Positions 61,538-64,000 of a DNA stretch of 64,000 nt are shown in pieces. This stretch comes from Eledone cirrhosa (Eukaryota). A model generated the notes under the pieces. That model saw nothing but the letters and a program-made list of their open reading frames with translations. It searched no databases and had not been told where the DNA came from. The DNA is taken from positions 2,542,001 to 2,606,000 of the forward strand of contig OZ024750.1 of NCBI GenBank assembly GCA_964016885.1, read 5' to 3'. The stretch's first letter is position 1. Each line of letters begins with the position of its first letter. Made by a program: the position numbers and the translations under genes.

Positions 61538-61773
61538 TTTCCCGGAAATAGTAACGAGTGACGTCATAAAAATAACGATTTCTAATTGGTTCTTTTCTTT
61601 ATCTTGTTTTGTCTATGAATTTTTGTCGTTGTTTAATTTCTAAATCATAAGATTTGTGGTCATTGTGAATTATTCGGCGTTGTGAAGCAAATCTTTGGCA
61701 TAGTATCTCTAGTACTAGAGAAGAAATTTTACAAAAGCAAATAAGCTACCAACCCACCACCACCTCCGCCCCG
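61538..61773. promoter_or_regulatory. Candidate CACNB promoter elements: STAT/ETS site, full CRE and GC box
   Basis: TTCCCGGAA at 61539-61547, TGACGTCA at 61559-61566 and CCGCCCC at 61766-61772, about 1.1-1.3 kb upstream of the putative ATG. Confidence 0.45.
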
Positions 61774-61989
61774 CTCCAGAAAAAAAGTAAAATTTAAATC
61801 CATTCTTATACAGTTGTGTCATTTATAGCTGATTAAAGGTTTTAGTCATTTGATAAGTTTCTGGCTAATATAAAAACAATCAATGATGAGTTTTTAATTA
61901 AGAAGAGAATCATTTTATATAGGGGAGTATAGTATTTAAATATTTAAATTTATATATTACTTTATTGATACTGCACGGCAGAAACAATG

Positions 61990-62357
61990 TCTTCTTCTTC
62001 TTCTTCTTATTTCCGAGAAGGTCGTGGGGGCAGAGTCCTCAAACACTCCCTCCAGCAGGTCCTATCAGAAGCAACTGATCAAGCTGGATCCCCAAGTGAG
62101 ACCAGCCAAGCCCATTGATGTTATCCAACCATCTTGCTTAGGGTCTACCCCTGGGTCTCCTACCGGTTGGCTTTTGCCCATAAAATCTTTTCAGCAATTC
62201 TTTCCTGAGACATTCTTGCCACATGTCCATAGTATTGGAGCTGTGATCTTTCAATTTGGAGAAGTAGCAGCTCTACCTGGAGTGACTCTCTCATTTCTGT
62301 GCTACGTACTCTATCGAGTAATGTTACTCAAAAGACCCTTCAGAGGAAACCCATTTT
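61990..62357 (-). mobile_element. RTE LINE 3' end with (AAG)n tail
   Basis: (CTT)n on the plus strand at ~61990. It is the reverse-complement homolog of 27470-27822. Confidence 0.85.
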
Positions 62358-62413
62358 TGCCCATTTCTCAGACATAAAATAGTAGGGTCTTCTTATATTC
62401 GAGTATATACGGT
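62355..62413. mobile_element. pogo/Tigger-like DNA transposon right end
   Basis: ...cttatattcgagtatatacggTA. A mirror-image left end (TActgtatatacttgaatataag...ttttatgtctgagaaatgggcaaaa) begins at ~63613. Confidence 0.65.
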
Positions 62414-62939
62414 ACATTTTCTCACATATTTGATGAACATTTTATAAAGAATCCTCTCTCTTATCCTAAAAACTCAACTGAATATTTTAAAATGTTTATG
62501 AATGAAGCAAAATAAATTGAGTTTCTAGGTCAATTTTTCAACAGTTATGGAAGTCCTTAAATGTAAAACTAACATCAAATTATCAAACTCTAGAAGGCAT
62601 ACTGTATCTGTCAAATTTGAGTCATCAATCCTGAACTTTTTAAACCATCTTTGACATTTTCTCATATGTGGAATATCTTTGTGGTAAACTTCTTGAACTT
62701 TTCACATCGCTTCAGTAGCATTACTCTCTTTATTGATCTTATTAAACATAATTTACCTAGAGTTTTCTGATTCTGCCATGTTCTAGACATTGCAAAACCC
62801 AGCAAGATATGTTACCATATACCTCCTAAGTAAAATCATTGGAAATATTAAGTTTAAACAACAAAAAACACATTTAAAATTTTAATATACCAAAAAAGAC
62901 TTTTCTTAAACCCTTTTGATACCAACTGCTCATTATGAT

Positions 62940-63520
62940 TGTTTCTCCTTTTGGCACAAGGCCAGCAATTACCCCTGGGCATCACTGGTACTTTATTTTA
63001 TTGACCCCGTCAGGATGAAAGACAAAGTTAACCTCAGTGGGATTTGAACTCAGAGCATGAAGGGCCATAACTCTATGCTACAAAGCATGGTGTATGACAC
63101 TCTACCAATACTGCCAATCCACCGCCCTTTTATAATAATGATTTCTATTCTTGGCACAAGGCCAGCAATTACCCCAGTGTATTACTGGTACTTTATTTTA
63201 TCGACCCCGTAAGGATGAAATGCAAAGTTAACCTCGGCGGGATTTGAACTCAGAATGGAAAGGGCCGTAACTCTATGCATCATAGCATGGCGTCCAACCC
63301 TCTACCGATACTGTCAATTTCTAACATAGACAAAAGGCTAGAAATTTAAATGGGGAGAGTTTATTATATCAGTTACCAGTGATTGACTGGTTTGTATTTT
63401 ATCAATCCCAGGAGGATGGAAGACAAAATTTATCTTGCGGAAACTGATCTCAGCAAAATTTGATTCCAGAGCGCGCAAACAAATAAGGCATTTAATCCGA
63501 TGTGTCAATTTGCCACTTTT
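62940..63520 (-). mobile_element. Three adjacent SINE family 1 copies
   Basis: Units at ~62940-63127, ~63140-63320 and an older one at ~63320-63520. Confidence 0.88.
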
Positions 63521-63612
63521 ATATTGAAGCTAACGGAAATATAAATAATAATATTATTAATCTACTTCATTTTGCTTTTTATTTCTTCAAACTTTCTAAT
63601 TAGTGTTTCACT

Positions 63613-63850
63613 TACTGTATATACTTGAATATAAGTTGACCCAATATTTTATGTCTGAGAAATGGGCAAAAATCCAAACCTTATTTGCGTAAAATTTGAA
63701 ATTGGTGAAAAATCATTAAAATATTGACCCTGAATATAAGACCCCCCCCCCCCTCCTCCTCCTCAACCATCAATTTTTTGGTCACATATTCTTCAGATTA
63801 TATTCAAGTTTATATGGTAAACTAAAGGTAGAAAGGTATTTTTATCACAT
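63613..63850. mobile_element. pogo/Tigger-like DNA transposon left portion
   Basis: TIR plus a subterminal gaatataaga repeat, inverted relative to 62355-62413. Confidence 0.6.
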
Positions 63851-64000
63851 CATTACATGATTTCTTTTTAGGTTAAGCATAATTTTATTCTTCAGTATGG
63901 AACTATTTCTGCAAATCATAACCTTTTACACAGCACACTTGTTATCAAGGAAATGGTAGAGTGTGTGTGGGGAGGGGGGGAGCATATTTATGATCTAGTT

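Overview
Very AT-rich, repeat-dense animal DNA. The SINE/RTE repertoire and huge (TA)n fields suggest an octopus genome (inference). The window holds the 5' end of a voltage-gated calcium channel beta-subunit gene (CACNB/CaVbeta) on the minus strand. An 84-bp exon at 33665-33748 (GKGSKRKGGKFKRSDGSFSDSSNSFIRQ) is clearly homologous to vertebrate CACNB exon 2. A probable first coding exon lies at 60389-60448, with a candidate CRE/STAT/GC-box promoter near 61.5-61.8 kb. The rest is intron and flank: a 3.2-kb 19-bp minisatellite born inside a SINE, about 19 kb of compound TA microsatellite containing a 200-N gap with a probable false duplication, decayed LINEs, SINEs and MITEs. The most notable hidden signal is a dispersed set of minimal type I hammerhead ribozyme motifs with palindromic short stem III, mostly in fold-back Penelope-like remnants. 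Several lie on the CACNB sense strand, and one pair sits in a perfect 165-bp inverted repeat. Almost all ORFs in the supplied track are microsatellite artefacts.
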